DNA of 64,000 bases, from NCBI GenBank assembly GCA_965279515.1, contig CBDIID010000003.1, forward strand, positions 3,648,001 to 3,712,000, written 5' to 3'. Below the pieces are notes generated by a model. That model was given only the letters and a program-made list of their open reading frames with translations, searched no databases and had not been told where the DNA came from. Shown here piece after piece: positions 1 through 11,182 of the stretch; position 1 is the stretch's first letter; the number at the start of each line of letters is the position of its first letter. This DNA is from Turneriella sp. (GTDB lineage Bacteria > Spirochaetota > Leptospiria > Turneriellales > Turneriellaceae). The translations under genes and the position numbers were made by a program.

Positions 1-1
1 G

Positions 2-115
2 CGGCAGGTGGGTGAAATGATCGAAGTTTTCAGCCGCGGCATCCGCTTTCGTTTTCGGGGTAAATCCGTCATTTTCGTCGATGTTATGGCACCGACCGCA
101 TACGAAGGGGAATGA
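2..115 (+). CDS. 3' end of a CDS entering the window (possibly chemotaxis-associated)
   Basis: Open frame RQVGEMIEVFSRGIRFRFRGKSVIFVDVMAPTAYEGE* ending TGA 113-115 just upstream of cheY. Confidence 0.4.
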   Translation, partial: RQVGEMIEVFSRGIRFRFRGKSVIFVDVMAPTAYEGE

Positions 116-166
116 TTGCAGATTGGGCCTGCTTAAGTCGAAAATAAAACTATATCCGAGGATAAC

Positions 167-538
167 ATGAAGAAGGTTCTTACCGTAGACGATTCCGTAA
201 CTATCCGCATGGTGATCAAGCGCACCCTGTCGCAGGCGGGTTATGAGGTGCTCGAGGCACCGAATGGCGCCGAGGCCCTGAAGATTATCGAAAACGACGA
301 GCTGCACCTGGTGATTTCGGACTATAATATGCCGGTCATGAACGGCCTTGAACTGATGACCGAGGTGAAGAACAACCCCGCCTACAAAAAGAATAAATTC
401 ATCCCGTTCGTAATGCTGACGGCAGTCATGGGCGAAGATCTCAAGGCAAAGGCGCTCGAAGTGGGAGCGCGCGCATACCTCGTTAAACCTTTCCAGCCGC
501 AGCAAGTGCTCGAGATGGTGCAGAAGCTGCTTCCGTGA
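167..538 (+). CDS. cheY: Chemotaxis response regulator CheY
   Basis: Single REC domain (VDDS, SDYNMP, LTA, VKPF); SD GAGGA upstream; in che operon. Confidence 0.9.
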   Translation: MKKVLTVDDSVTIRMVIKRTLSQAGYEVLEAPNGAEALKIIENDELHLVISDYNMPVMNGLELMTEVKNNPAYKKNKFIPFVMLTAVMGEDLKAKALEVGARAYLVKPFQPQQVLEMVQKLLP

Positions 539-539
539 T

Positions 540-902
540 ATGCTGACCTTTGAAACCCGCGAGAACGAAACGCACCTTGAAATCCGCCTCGCGGGTGCGC
601 TGACGCTGCGCGAAGTCGGCGATGCCTGGGCCTATGTCGAACCGCTCTGGCAAAAACAAAAAATCCTGATTCTGAATCTCGCGGGGGTCACCGACCTCGA
701 CACGATGGGGTTCCAGATTCTGCTCTACCTGAAAATCCGTGCGCGCGCCGAAAGCCGCAAGCTGCATTTTGTCAAACATTCCACACCGGTTCTCGCCGCA
801 CTCGACCTGTTTGGCGCTGTAGCAGAATTCGGCGATAAGATACACCTCAGCCCGGCCGAGCGTTCACGGTTTGCCTTTAAGTACGGGGTCAAAGTCCACT
901 GA
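540..902 (+). CDS. STAS-domain protein of the chemotaxis cluster
   Basis: LNLAGVTDLDTMGFQIL STAS motif; lies between cheY and cheA. Confidence 0.85.
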   Translation: MLTFETRENETHLEIRLAGALTLREVGDAWAYVEPLWQKQKILILNLAGVTDLDTMGFQILLYLKIRARAESRKLHFVKHSTPVLAALDLFGAVAEFGDKIHLSPAERSRFAFKYGVKVH

Positions 903-908
903 GAACCG

Positions 909-2888
909 ATGGACGTCGATGAATTTAAGGAGATTTTTGCCGAAGAGGCGATAACGCACCTTTCCGCTTTTGAGCGCGGTATCCTGGCGCTCGAAAAAAA
1001 TTCCGCCGATACCGAAGCGATCAACGATATCTTCCGCGCCGTACATACAACGAAGGGCGCGGCCGGTATGGTTGGCCTCGTTGCGACGTCGCGGTTCTCA
1101 CACGCGGCTGAATCGTATCTCGACGAGGTGCGCAACGGCAGCGAAGTTCTGAACAAAGACAAAGTTTCGCTTTTGCTCTCTGTCCACGACGTGCTGAAGC
1201 TGGTTATTGAAAAAGAAATTTCCGGAAATGTCGGCGCCGTGCTCGAAAGTGAAGTCTCGCGCCTGGTAGGAATCCTGCGCAGCCAGGCGAGCCAGGGCGG
1301 TGCAACCCCGCAGCAGGTCGCCGCTGCGATGCCCGCGGCCGCACCGCGATCCCTCAAAAAGAATTTTATCCAGCTGCGCTGCAAGGCGGTGATGGCGCAG
1401 AACGGTTTTGATCCGCTGGCGTTTATCCGTTATCTGAAAAATGCCGGCGAAATTCTCAACTGCCGTGTGTTGCATTCTTTTCCCGAAGAAGCCTCTGCTT
1501 TTGACCCCGAACTTTTATACCTGAATTTCGAAGTCGTCCTCGAAACAGAAAAAACCGAAGAAGAGATCCGTGACATTTTTTCGCTTGCGGGAGATCTCGT
1601 AACGTTGACAATCGGCAGCGACCAGCGCACTGAAGAGCGCTCCACCGCGCCCGCTGCCGCGGCGGTCACAGCCGAAGTTAATGCTGACGCCGAACGGCAG
1701 AAGAAGAATTACCTGCGCATTGAATCGGGGCGCCTCGATTCGCTCATCGATTCCATCGGTGAACTCGTGATGACCGGCGCGGCGCTGAAATCGTTGCAGC
1801 CGACCGGCGCCGACGAACGGTATACCGACCAGATGGCACTGCTCGAGCGCCAGGTCGAAACGATGCGCGATTCGGCGATGTCGCTCAGGATTTTTTCGCT
1901 CAGCGAGGTTTTCCGCCGCTTTGAGCGCGTCGTCCGCGATATCTCTTCGGAGGCGGGTAAAGAAGTCGAACTCGAAATTTCCGGCGGTGAAACCGAGATC
2001 GATAAAAATCTCATGGACGGTGTCTATGACCCGCTGGTGCACATTATCCGCAACAGCGTCGATCACGGCATCGAGCCCGCTGAAGTGCGCCGGCAAAAGG
2101 GGAAATCCCCCGTGGGTAAAATCACGGTGCGCGCCGAGCGCATGGCCGGCATGATCTATATCAGCGTCGAAGACGACGGCTCGGGGCCGAATCTTGCGAA
2201 GATCGAGCAACGCGCCCGCGAACGCGGCCTCTTAAAAGAAGGCCAGCCGACGGAAAAAGAACTCATCGAGATGGTGTTTCAGCCCGGCTTCTCGACCGCC
2301 GAGAAGGTTACATCGCTGTCGGGCCGCGGTGTCGGCATGGACGTGGTGCGGCAGAATGTCACGCGCCTTAACGGCAGTGTGACGATGACGCGCAGTCCCG
2401 CCGGGGGTACGGTGGTGTCGATTCGCCTGCCGTTGACTCTCGCGATCATCGACGGCCTGCTTATTCAATCGGGCAGAAACAAGTATATTGTACCCTTGGC
2501 CCAGGTCATCGAGTGCGTCGACTACGACGAATTCGGCGAGGGCGGGGCGGTGACGGGGATCTTCAGCCTGCGCGGCGAGGCGCTGCCGATCATACCCCTG
2601 GGCACCGTGTTTGGCGAAGACTCGGCCACACCTCGTGTGGTGGTCGTCGTGCAGAACGCCGATAAACGGCGGGGTATCTTTATCGATAAACCTTTGGGTG
2701 AAATGCAGATTGTGGTGAAGCCGATCGAGCATATACCCGGGATACCGCAGATCTTCAACGGGGCGACGATTTTGGGCGACGGTCAGGTGGCACTGATTCT
2801 CGACCTCACGAACCTGATTGAGTACGCGCGCGAAGACGCCGATGTAATAAAGAAGGGATTGAGATTGGAGCTGGGGAAAACGGCATGA
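909..2888 (+). CDS. cheA: Chemotaxis histidine kinase CheA
   Basis: Hpt [38 protein letters not shown]-terminal CheW domain. Confidence 0.97.
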   Translation: MDVDEFKEIFAEEAITHLSAFERGILALEKNSADTEAINDIFRAVHTTKGAAGMVGLVATSRFSHAAESYLDEVRNGSEVLNKDKVSLLLSVHDVLKLVIEKEISGNVGAVLESEVSRLVGILRSQASQGGATPQQVAAAMPAAAPRSLKKNFIQLRCKAVMAQNGFDPLAFIRYLKNAGEILNCRVLHSFPEEASAFDPELLYLNFEVVLETEKTEEEIRDIFSLAGDLVTLTIGSDQRTEERSTAPAAAAVTAEVNADAERQKKNYLRIESGRLDSLIDSIGELVMTGAALKSLQPTGADERYTDQMALLERQVETMRDSAMSLRIFSLSEVFRRFERVVRDISSEAGKEVELEISGGETEIDKNLMDGVYDPLVHIIRNSVDHGIEPAEVRRQKGKSPVGKITVRAERMAGMIYISVEDDGSGPNLAKIEQRARERGLLKEGQPTEKELIEMVFQPGFSTAEKVTSLSGRGVGMDVVRQNVTRLNGSVTMTRSPAGGTVVSIRLPLTLAIIDGLLIQSGRNKYIVPLAQVIECVDYDEFGEGGAVTGIFSLRGEALPIIPLGTVFGEDSATPRVVVVVQNADKRRGIFIDKPLGEMQIVVKPIEHIPGIPQIFNGATILGDGQVALILDLTNLIEYAREDADVIKKGLRLELGKTA

Positions 2889-5026
2889 ATATTGTAAAAC
2901 ACGCGCTCTCGGGATTAAAAATCCGCCGTAAGCTTTTCGTTATTTTAGTGGCCATGATGGTGCCCATCATCACACTGATGGTGGGGTATTATTTCCAGCT
3001 CGGTGAAAATTTAGGTCTCGCTGACCATGAATACCGCGGCGCCCAGCTTCAGGGACATCTTTACCCGATGCTCGATACCGCGCAGAAGCGCCGCCTCGCC
3101 CTGATCCGCGCGCAAGAAGGTAATCCGAATGCCCGCCTCGAAGCGGCTACGTTGACCTCCGAACTGCAGAAACATGCGGCTGAAGCGGATGCGGTCTATC
3201 AGCCGAATGCCGCTCTGCTGCAAAACAGCGATAAGTGGAGCGATATTAAGAAACTGGTACAGACCGAGCCTTCGACATTTTCCGCTTTGGGGTCCCGGGA
3301 AATCCGCACCTGGCATGCAGACCTCAGCCGCAAGATTATTGATTTCAATGCAGCGATCTGCGATACGTCGGAGCTCACGCTAGACCCGGCGATTGACACG
3401 TATTACATGATGTTTTTGACCTGCCAGCTGTTTGGCGAGCAGATCGATATGATTGTCGAGAGCCGCGGCATCGCCGACCAGGTGCTGACGACAAAAACGA
3501 TGAGCCCTGAGCAACGCGAAAATTTGCAGCGTTATGCGGGGCTTCTGCGCTGGACCGGAAAAGATATTGTTTCCAGCTATAAAAAAATGATCGATTTTAA
3601 CCCAGCGCTCAAGGAATGGGGGCAGGAGAAAACCCGGCGTTCGACCGAGAGCCGTGATGCTATCGTTGAACTCATTGACCGCGATGTTCTCAAAGCTGCG
3701 CGTTTCACGGTGAATTCGCAGGATTTCCGCGCCGCGACGTTTCAGCATTCAGAAACCTATGTGCAACTCGCGAAACAGACGGTGGAGCTTTTGACCAAGG
3801 ACCTCAAGGCGCGCGTTGACCAGTATAATTACAAAAAATGGCGCAACTACGCTTTTGCTATTGCGGGTATTCTGATTTCGATAGCCATAGCACTCTATAT
3901 CACCGGCATGATTACAACGCCGATCAAAAAGGCTGTCGTCAGTGCGCATAAAATCGCCGCGGGCGACCTCAGCGTTGTTTATGCGACAGATGAGCTCGTC
4001 GGCGATGAAACCGCGGAACTCAATGCCGCGATGGCAAATATGGTTTTGGCCCTGGGTTCGCATGCGGGTGTCGCGCGCGAGATCGCGCAGGGTAATCTCG
4101 ATGTCCTTGTTGATCCGAAATCTGACGGCGATGTTTTAGGCCATGCGCTCAAGACCATGGCGCTGAAACTCAAAGACGCGGTGGGCGAAGTCCAGGCGAA
4201 TGCCGAGCAGCTGCAGGCCGTATCGGAACAGCTCAATAGCACCGCGCAAGGCATCAGCCAGGGCGCGTCAATTCAATCGGCTTCGGTTGAAGAGACGAGT
4301 GCCTCACTCGAAGAGATTGCCTCGATCATTTCTGCGTCGAGCGAGAATGCCAAGACTACAGAGGCTATGGCTGTAGAAACTTCCAATTCGGCGGAGCAGG
4401 GCGGTAAGGTTCTGGTCGCAACGGTCGAAGCCATGAACGCGATCTCTGAAAAAGTCAGCATCATTGAAAATATTGCCTACCAGACGAACCTGCTGGCGCT
4501 GAACGCGGCGATTGAAGCGGCGCGCGCCGGCGAGCATGGCCGCGGCTTTTCCGTCGTCGCCGCCGAAGTCAGAAAACTCGCTGAGAAAAGCCAGGCTGCG
4601 GCGCAGGAAATCGGCAATTTTGCCACGACCTCGCGTGAGATCGCGCAACAGGCGGGAAAGATTTTTGGCGATATTCTGCCGCGCATCCGCCAGACCGCGA
4701 ATCTGACGCAGGAAATTTCATCTTCCGCAGTACAGCAGAAGTCGGGCGTCGACCAGGTGAACGCCGCGCTGCAGCAACTCAACGAGGTGATACAGTCGAA
4801 CGCCGCTGCGTCAGAAGAAATGGCGGGTACCGTCGAAGAGCTTTCAGGCCAGGCGGATGCACTCACTTCGGCGATACGCTATTTCCGTATTTCGGGAGTG
4901 TCGCACGTGGCGCATAATGCCGCGGCGCCGCTGGCACACTATAATAACAAGCCTGCCCTGCGGCACACCCCTGAAATGAAACCGGTTGAATCGCATACAG
5001 GACGTGGCGATTTTGTTAAATTCTGA
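2885..5026 (+). CDS. Methyl-accepting chemotaxis protein (2 TM, HAMP, C-terminal DFVKF pentapeptide)
   Basis: [37 protein letters not shown] signalling tip; ATGA overlap with cheA. Confidence 0.95.
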   Translation: MNIVKHALSGLKIRRKLFVILVAMMVPIITLMVGYYFQLGENLGLADHEYRGAQLQGHLYPMLDTAQKRRLALIRAQEGNPNARLEAATLTSELQKHAAEADAVYQPNAALLQNSDKWSDIKKLVQTEPSTFSALGSREIRTWHADLSRKIIDFNAAICDTSELTLDPAIDTYYMMFLTCQLFGEQIDMIVESRGIADQVLTTKTMSPEQRENLQRYAGLLRWTGKDIVSSYKKMIDFNPALKEWGQEKTRRSTESRDAIVELIDRDVLKAARFTVNSQDFRAATFQHSETYVQLAKQTVELLTKDLKARVDQYNYKKWRNYAFAIAGILISIAIALYITGMITTPIKKAVVSAHKIAAGDLSVVYATDELVGDETAELNAAMANMVLALGSHAGVAREIAQGNLDVLVDPKSDGDVLGHALKTMALKLKDAVGEVQANAEQLQAVSEQLNSTAQGISQGASIQSASVEETSASLEEIASIISASSENAKTTEAMAVETSNSAEQGGKVLVATVEAMNAISEKVSIIENIAYQTNLLALNAAIEAARAGEHGRGFSVVAAEVRKLAEKSQAAAQEIGNFATTSREIAQQAGKIFGDILPRIRQTANLTQEISSSAVQQKSGVDQVNAALQQLNEVIQSNAAASEEMAGTVEELSGQADALTSAIRYFRISGVSHVAHNAAAPLAHYNNKPALRHTPEMKPVESHTGRGDFVKF

Positions 5027-5069
5027 TTCTCATTTAGCGGCTCGGGCACCGGAGCAAGATATCTATGGC

Positions 5070-5528
5070 ATGCATAATGCCGATCGTCAGTATTTGTTAC
5101 TGCGCAGCGCGGATGTTCATTTTGCTCTGCCAATTCTGACAGTCAGGGAAATTCTTGAGCCACCTGAGGTCACGCGCGTGCCGATGGCACCTGCGTGGTT
5201 TCTTGGCCTCGCGAATCTGCGCGGACAGATTCTGCCCGTGATTGATCTCATCGGCCGCCTGAGTATCGAGCGCCGGCATGAGGCACAACGGCCCGTGCTT
5301 GTGGTGGTTGACGTCGTGCTGCGGCAGGGAACCTTTCAGCGCGGGCTTCTCGTCGATGCGCTCGGCGGCATTATGGATGCGGCGCATGAAGATGTGAAAC
5401 CCTATGATGGCGTCGGCGCGGCGATTGCGCGCGAATATGTCACCGGCCTTCTTCCTTATCCGCCGAATTTTGCGATCCTGCTTGACCTCGAGCGTGTCTT
5501 TGCCGCCGTGCAAGAGATCGCGCCCTGA
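5070..5528 (+). CDS. cheW: Chemotaxis coupling protein CheW
   Basis: VREILEPPEVTRVP...GLANLRGQILPVIDL; start moved to ATG 5070 to avoid overlap with the MCP. Confidence 0.9.
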   Translation: MHNADRQYLLLRSADVHFALPILTVREILEPPEVTRVPMAPAWFLGLANLRGQILPVIDLIGRLSIERRHEAQRPVLVVVDVVLRQGTFQRGLLVDALGGIMDAAHEDVKPYDGVGAAIAREYVTGLLPYPPNFAILLDLERVFAAVQEIAP

Positions 5529-5535
5529 GTCATGG

Positions 5536-6387
5536 ATGGAAAAAACTAATCTACCCCCGGTAAATCTTCAGCTCTCGCCGCTGACCGACAAAGAGTTTGC
5601 CGGTTTTCAAAAGCTGATCTACGAATGGGCGGGCATCCACATGAACGAGAGCAAAAAGGCGCTCGTTTCGGGGCGTCTCATGAAACGCCTCAGGCACTAT
5701 AACATATCAAACTTCGGCGATTACCTGCGTATCGTCAAGAGTGTGGATTACCCCGAAGAAAAGCAGATCATGATCAACCTGCTGACAACGAACGAGACGT
5801 ATTTTTTCCGCGAACCCAAACATTTCGACTGGCTGAGACAAAAAATACGCACGCGAAACGCCGGGGAGACTTTCCGGTTGTGGAGCGCCGCCTCGTCGAC
5901 CGGCCAGGAAGCCTATTCGATCGCTATGGTCATTGCTGAAGAAATGGGCATGACCGGCTGGGAAATTCTCGGCTCCGACATTAGTGAAAAGGCGCTCGCC
6001 TCGGCTATCCAGGCAACGTATCCGCTGGAACAGTCGACGCAGATTCCGGAACGTTACCTCAAACGGTTTTGCCTCAAAGGTGTGCGCGATTCCGAGGGCA
6101 AGTTTTGCATCCGGCCTGAAATCCTCCAGAATATCCGTTTTTTCAGGATCAACCTCAACGAGGCTCTGCCGCAGAATTTTGGTCTTTTTGACGTGATCTT
6201 CCTGAGAAATGTGATGATCTATTTCGACCGCCCGACCCGGCAGAAAGTGGCTGAGGGCCTGATGCACTTTCTCAAACCGGACGGCAATCTTGTGATCGGC
6301 CATGCGGAGAGTCTGCACGGTATCACGGAAAAACTCAGGGCAGTAAAACCCACAATCTATGCGGCACGGGCGACCACATTCACCTGA
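5536..6387 (+). CDS. cheR: Chemotaxis methyltransferase CheR
   Basis: TTNETYFFRE, WSAASSTGQEAYS, FDVIFLRNVMIYF; start at ATG 5536. Confidence 0.95.
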   Translation: MEKTNLPPVNLQLSPLTDKEFAGFQKLIYEWAGIHMNESKKALVSGRLMKRLRHYNISNFGDYLRIVKSVDYPEEKQIMINLLTTNETYFFREPKHFDWLRQKIRTRNAGETFRLWSAASSTGQEAYSIAMVIAEEMGMTGWEILGSDISEKALASAIQATYPLEQSTQIPERYLKRFCLKGVRDSEGKFCIRPEILQNIRFFRINLNEALPQNFGLFDVIFLRNVMIYFDRPTRQKVAEGLMHFLKPDGNLVIGHAESLHGITEKLRAVKPTIYAARATTFT

Positions 6388-6865
6388 TACACCCGCGGGG
6401 GTGAAAAATGTCTATCTGCAACCCGGGGAGTACTTCTGGGGCGATGAATCATATCGCATCAAAACCCTGCTCGGATCCTGCGTCGCAATCTGTGTCTGGC
6501 ATCCGGCACGGCGCATCGGCGGCATGAGCCACTGCCTTTTACCGACACGCGGCAACGACCGCACGCCCGAACTCAGCGGCCGCTACGTCGATGAGACCTT
6601 CGATATTTTTTTCGCCGAGATGAACCGGCATGCGACGCAGAGAAAAGATTACCAGGTAAAACTCTTCGGCGGCGGCAATATGTTTGAACTGCCCGATAAG
6701 ACAGGCATCACCGTCGGGGAAAAAAACCTGACGATGCTGCGCTCGATCATGAAGCGTGAAAGCATGCATATTCTTGCCGAACATGTCGGCGGCAAAGGCC
6801 ACCGCAACGTGATCTTTGAACTCTGGAACGGCGACTGCTGGGTGCGCCACACGGAGCTGCCATGA
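6359..6865 (+). CDS. cheD: Chemoreceptor glutamine deamidase CheD
   Basis: TLLGSCVA, GGMSHCLLP, KLFGGGNMF; true start may be GTG 6401. Confidence 0.92.
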   Translation: MRHGRPHSPDTPAGVKNVYLQPGEYFWGDESYRIKTLLGSCVAICVWHPARRIGGMSHCLLPTRGNDRTPELSGRYVDETFDIFFAEMNRHATQRKDYQVKLFGGGNMFELPDKTGITVGEKNLTMLRSIMKRESMHILAEHVGGKGHRNVIFELWNGDCWVRHTELP

Positions 6866-6917
6866 GGCACATCGTGTGCCGCAGCTCCCTCAGACCTCCT
6901 GTCTTTGGTGAGGTACC

Positions 6918-7988
6918 ATGACAACATCACCGATTCGCATTTTTATCGTCGACGATTCGGCACTCGTGCGCCGTAGCCTCACAGAAATTTTTTCGCGCGA
7001 ACCGGGTTTTGTCGTGCTGGGTTCGGCCGAAGACCCGATCGCCGCCGAACGCAAAATGCAGCCCGAATGGCCCGACGTCATTTTTCTCGATGTCGAGATG
7101 CCCAAGATGGACGGCATCACTTTTCTCACCAAACTGATGCGCGAGAAGCCGACGCCGGTGATTATCTGCTCTTCGCTTGCCGGTCGCAGCCAGGAACTCA
7201 CGATCAAGGCATTTGCGCTGGGCGCCGTTGAGGTTCTCGCAAAACCGGAATTGGGTCTCGCCGATTTTTTTGAAGCGCAACGCCCCGCCTTTATCGAAGC
7301 CGCCCGCGCCGCTGCGGGTGCAAAACTCAAAACGCTCGTCGCGAGCCTTCCGCCAGGTGTGCATCCTCCTCAAGCGGCTAAACCTAAAAATGTTGCGCGT
7401 GCATCTTCGGGCCGCCTCATCGCCATCGGCGCGTCGACCGGTGGCCCGCAGGCGATCGAGTTTTTACTGCGGCAACTCGACGAGACAGTTTTACCGATCG
7501 TCATTACGCAGCACATGCCCGAAAATTTTACGCGCGCCTTTGCCAAGCGCCTCGACGACCTGATGCCCGTCAGCGTCAAAGAGGCCGAGCATGGCGATGT
7601 GCTGCTCAAGGGGCGTGTGCTCATTGCGCCGGGCGGCCGGCATATGCGTGTGAAACGGCAAGGGTTTGAGCTCGCGGTTGAGCTGGTGGATGGCCCACCG
7701 GTGAACCGTCACAAACCTTCAGTCGACGTACTCTTTCGCTCTGTGATCGAGGCGGCACCCGAAGCCGCGCTCGGCATTTTACTGACCGGCATGGGCAACG
7801 ATGGTGCGCGCGGCCTTCTCGAGATGCGCGAGCACCGGTTTGCCACGATTGCCCAGGACGAAGCTTCGTCTGTGGTTTGGGGCATGCCGCGCGAGGCGGT
7901 GAAACTCGCGGCGGTCGATGAGCGGGGTATTTTGCCGCTGGACAGAATCGGGTCAGCGATAAAGGCTTTTGCGGCGCACAATCCTTGA
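6918..7988 (+). CDS. cheB: Chemotaxis methylesterase CheB
   Basis: REC domain plus IGASTGG, ITQHMP, LTGMGNDG catalytic motifs. Confidence 0.96.
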   Translation: MTTSPIRIFIVDDSALVRRSLTEIFSREPGFVVLGSAEDPIAAERKMQPEWPDVIFLDVEMPKMDGITFLTKLMREKPTPVIICSSLAGRSQELTIKAFALGAVEVLAKPELGLADFFEAQRPAFIEAARAAAGAKLKTLVASLPPGVHPPQAAKPKNVARASSGRLIAIGASTGGPQAIEFLLRQLDETVLPIVITQHMPENFTRAFAKRLDDLMPVSVKEAEHGDVLLKGRVLIAPGGRHMRVKRQGFELAVELVDGPPVNRHKPSVDVLFRSVIEAAPEAALGILLTGMGNDGARGLLEMREHRFATIAQDEASSVVWGMPREAVKLAAVDERGILPLDRIGSAIKAFAAHNP

Positions 7989-8139
7989 TGGGATGAACCG
8001 CCTATGCTGGCGAATTTGCCGGTATTTATGGGTTTTTTCGATTTACAATATCAATGCCGCCTCTAATTTAATTTTACCGACCCCTTCGGTGGGGTCAAAC
8101 GTCTAATGGATAAGAGCAGATTTGCTCAAAGGAGTTACA

Positions 8140-8760
8140 ATGAAGAAATTGCACTTAATTTCAGTGCTCGCGCTATCATCGATCATCAGCGCACCGACAT
8201 TTGCAGCAGGTGGTTTTGAGGTTAAAGCTGGTATCGCATCAGTTAAGTCTGCAGAAAACAAAGCGGGCTTTGACGCGGGGGTTGCCTATGCGATCCGGCT
8301 GGAAAGATTTTTTGCTGTTTTACCAGAAATCAACTTTAATTGGTTGAATTATGATGGAGCGGCAACAACGATCAGCGGCTCAGGCCTTGGCACAACAGCG
8401 ACTCCATCGGTTAGCTTGTATACACTGCCGATGCTCCTCAATGCACGGTTTTACATCCCCATGGGAACCGACGATGTTCCTCTGCTTCAACCCTTTGTGA
8501 CAGTCGGGGCAGGTTATGGTCTGGCATCGTACATAAATAAAACTCCCAATCAACCCACTGCGACTGAAACAATCAGCGGGCTGATGTATCAGGCCTCATT
8601 GGGGCTGGCACTCAATCTCGGCATGGTAGCAGAAGGCTCGGCATCCTCGACCAGCATTCTTCTGGAAGTTGGTTATCGTGGAGGTCAATTGGAAAAAGGC
8701 CTTGTTAAGTTTGATTACGGTGGTTATGTAATCCGTGCCGGTGCATCATTCTCGATGTAA
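8140..8760 (+). CDS. Outer-membrane beta-barrel protein
   Basis: SD AAAGGAG, signal peptide, amphipathic strands (QPFVTVGAGYG, YVIRAGASFSM). Confidence 0.7.
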   Translation: MKKLHLISVLALSSIISAPTFAAGGFEVKAGIASVKSAENKAGFDAGVAYAIRLERFFAVLPEINFNWLNYDGAATTISGSGLGTTATPSVSLYTLPMLLNARFYIPMGTDDVPLLQPFVTVGAGYGLASYINKTPNQPTATETISGLMYQASLGLALNLGMVAEGSASSTSILLEVGYRGGQLEKGLVKFDYGGYVIRAGASFSM

Positions 8761-8785
8761 TTTGCTCAGCTTCCAATCGCTTGTT

Positions 8786-8854
8786 AAATGCGGTGCCTAA
8801 CTTAAGTCACCGCATTTGATCGGTTGAAAATCCCGGCTGGACCGGGATTTTTTT
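8786..8854 (+). terminator. Tandem stem-loops / intrinsic terminator after the OMP gene
   Basis: AAATGCGGTG..CACCGCATTT (8786-8817) and AAAATCCCGG-CTGGA-CCGGGATTTTTTT (8827-8854). Confidence 0.75.
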
Positions 8855-8892
8855 ATGCTCGACGCCGCTGCGAGCGGCCGCAATCCACGGCC

Positions 8893-9894
8893 ATGCAATC
8901 GCGTTTCGGCCTTTCCAGAATTTTAGTTTTATCTGCACTTCTGATTCCCTCGTTCTCCGTTTTCGCCGAGGTTACGCTGAAGTATGCGACACTCGCCCCG
9001 GAAAATACCGTATGGGCAAAAACCATCAAGAAGTGTGTCGATGAAATCGCTGCGAAAACCAACGGCCAGGTGCAGATCAAGGTCTTCTATGGCGGCATCG
9101 CAGGCGACGAGCCTTCGGTGATGCGCAAACTCAAAACCGGTACCATTGACATCGCCTCCTTTACCGGGCAAACGCTGGGCACCGTTGTTCCCGAATCGCG
9201 CCTGCTCGAGCTGCCGTATTTTTTTGAGAACACGCGCCAGATCGATGCCGTCGTTGCGAAAATTTATCCCGAGCTTTCGAAAAAATTTATGGCGCAGGGC
9301 ATCGTGCTCGCGGGCTGGGGTGAAAACGGTTTCGTCTATCTGATGAGTAAGAATAAACCGATTACAAAATACGCCGACATGCAGGGCGTCAAAATCTGGG
9401 CACCGAAGGGCGATCCGCTGGTGAAGGCGATGCTCGCCGAATACGGCCTTGTTCCCGTTTATCTCGGCTTTGAAGCGGTGCTGCCGCAACTGAAAACCGG
9501 CGGCATCGATGCATTCTATGCGCCGCCGTATGGTGCGATCGGGTTGCAGTGGTTCCGTGAAGCAAAATATATCACCAACAGCAGGCTGGCGAACGCTGCC
9601 GGAGCGACACTGCTGGCAAAATCGGCGTATGACCGGCTGACAGACGAACAGAAAAAAATCGTGCATACGACGCTGGAGAAATATGCGTACGAACTCACAC
9701 AGGAGCTGCGCCGTGAGAACGAGAAGTCGTTACAGATTCTTCTCGGCAAAGGCCTCGAAAAAGTAGAACCTAATCCTGAAGAACTGGCGGGGCTCAAGGC
9801 CACGGCGGTGAAGGTGCAGGATAAACTCGTCGGCGAATTATATTCCCGTGAACTTTTAAATATGGCGCGTAAGGCGCGTGACGGAGCTAAATAA
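8893..9894 (+). CDS. dctP: TRAP transporter substrate-binding protein DctP
   Basis: Signal peptide, LKYATLAPENTVW, GGIAGDE, LELPYFF, DMQGVKIW. Confidence 0.88.
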   Translation: MQSRFGLSRILVLSALLIPSFSVFAEVTLKYATLAPENTVWAKTIKKCVDEIAAKTNGQVQIKVFYGGIAGDEPSVMRKLKTGTIDIASFTGQTLGTVVPESRLLELPYFFENTRQIDAVVAKIYPELSKKFMAQGIVLAGWGENGFVYLMSKNKPITKYADMQGVKIWAPKGDPLVKAMLAEYGLVPVYLGFEAVLPQLKTGGIDAFYAPPYGAIGLQWFREAKYITNSRLANAAGATLLAKSAYDRLTDEQKKIVHTTLEKYAYELTQELRRENEKSLQILLGKGLEKVEPNPEELAGLKATAVKVQDKLVGELYSRELLNMARKARDGAK

Positions 9895-9917
9895 CCCACC
9901 GAAGGAGCTGATCAACA

Positions 9918-10433
9918 ATGGCTGCGAAAAAAAAGGTCAAAGCGAAAAAAGTGGCGAGGAAAAAACCAAAAGCCGCAAAAAAAACGGCGGTGCGCCGGAA
10001 AAATACGGCACGCCCGGCGGCAAAGACGGGCGCCGCGGCAACAGTAACACGGTCGGCTGCCGTGACATATCCCTCGTCGGATAACACACGTTTCTGGAAA
10101 CGCGAGCGTTATACCACCTTGAAAGAATTCTGGCCGTTCTACCTGCATGAGCACCGCTATACCGTGAACCGCACGCTGCACTTTATCGGCTCTACACTCG
10201 GCCTCGTTATTTTCGCAACTGCGATTGCGATCAGTAAGTTCTGGCTGATTCTGCCGGCATTTGTCAGCGGCTATGCCTTTGCCTGGGTGGGTCACTTCTT
10301 CATCGAGAAGAACCGTCCGGCGACATTCAAATACCCGTTGAAATCATTTATCTCTGACTGGCGGCTGTGGTATGTCGTTTTGACAGGCCGTGTGCGCGGC
10401 GAACTCAAAAAATTCGGCATCGAATCGAAATGA
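9918..10433 (+). CDS. DUF962/Mpo1-like membrane protein with Lys/Ala-rich N-terminal tail
   Basis: EFWPFYLHEH..NRTLHFIG, FAWVGHFFIEKNRPATFKYP. Confidence 0.85.
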   Translation: MAAKKKVKAKKVARKKPKAAKKTAVRRKNTARPAAKTGAAATVTRSAAVTYPSSDNTRFWKRERYTTLKEFWPFYLHEHRYTVNRTLHFIGSTLGLVIFATAIAISKFWLILPAFVSGYAFAWVGHFFIEKNRPATFKYPLKSFISDWRLWYVVLTGRVRGELKKFGIESK

Positions 10434-11182
10434 CCCGGCTTTTCCAGGTCACCCTTGCTACGACACTCTGTTGCCTCGGCGCAGAAAGCCTGTCTGCCGC
10501 AAAATCCCAAAAAACAAAGCCGAAAGCGGCTGTTTCCGCAATCAACATTGCCGATCTGCCGCCGCTGGTGCTCCTGGGCACGGGGCGGCTGGACTGTACA
10601 ATTTCCAGTAAAGAGAACGGCACGCAGGTTTTGACGCTGACCGGCGGGTCGGGAGTCCATTTTGACATCGCCGTGACGCCGATTCTCGATGGCATTATTG
10701 AACTGAAGGATGGTAAATTGACTTCGCCCAAAGGCAGCGAGCAGCAGGTTGTTGCGCCCATGAAAGCCCGCGCGCTCAACTACCGTTTTACTTCGAATCT
10801 TGCGCACACACGGCGTTTTTCGGTTTCGGGCTTTCCTGCGGTTCACCTCGATCAAATGGAAACCAAGGTGTCGGTCAATGCGCGCCGTTTTCGGCAAGAG
10901 GGTGGCCCCGGCACGGCTGTATCATTCAGTTCAGAAGACATGGACAAGCAGGGCGTCTATATCGAGTTCCGCGGAATATTCCATGAAGTGGAGAGCAACA
11001 AACGTTTTGCTTTCCGTACGATCTTGGGGCCGCCATCCGATGGCTCGGGCCGCGTGACACCGCTCGATTCCAACGACAACTCGCGCATCGTGGCAAAGAG
11101 CGTCATGGTTGATATTCAGCCCAAACCCGGCGGAATCTTCACGCAAATCACCACGACAATCCGCGAGCTGGATGAGAAGTAA
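10430..11182 (+). CDS. Exported hypothetical protein
   Basis: ATGA overlap with upstream gene, signal peptide, overlaps start of downstream cytochrome gene. Confidence 0.65.
   Translation: MTRLFQVTLATTLCCLGAESLSAAKSQKTKPKAAVSAINIADLPPLVLLGTGRLDCTISSKENGTQVLTLTGGSGVHFDIAVTPILDGIIELKDGKLTSPKGSEQQVVAPMKARALNYRFTSNLAHTRRFSVSGFPAVHLDQMETKVSVNARRFRQEGGPGTAVSFSSEDMDKQGVYIEFRGIFHEVESNKRFAFRTILGPPSDGSGRVTPLDSNDNSRIVAKSVMVDIQPKPGGIFTQITTTIRELDEK

Noticed and set aside
483..7981. Numerous antisense and alternative-frame ORFs over the chemotaxis operon (e.g. 725-1384, 1515-2210, 5707-6318)
   Set aside because: Shadow ORFs of GC-rich coding sequence, with no motifs and fully overlapping confident genes.
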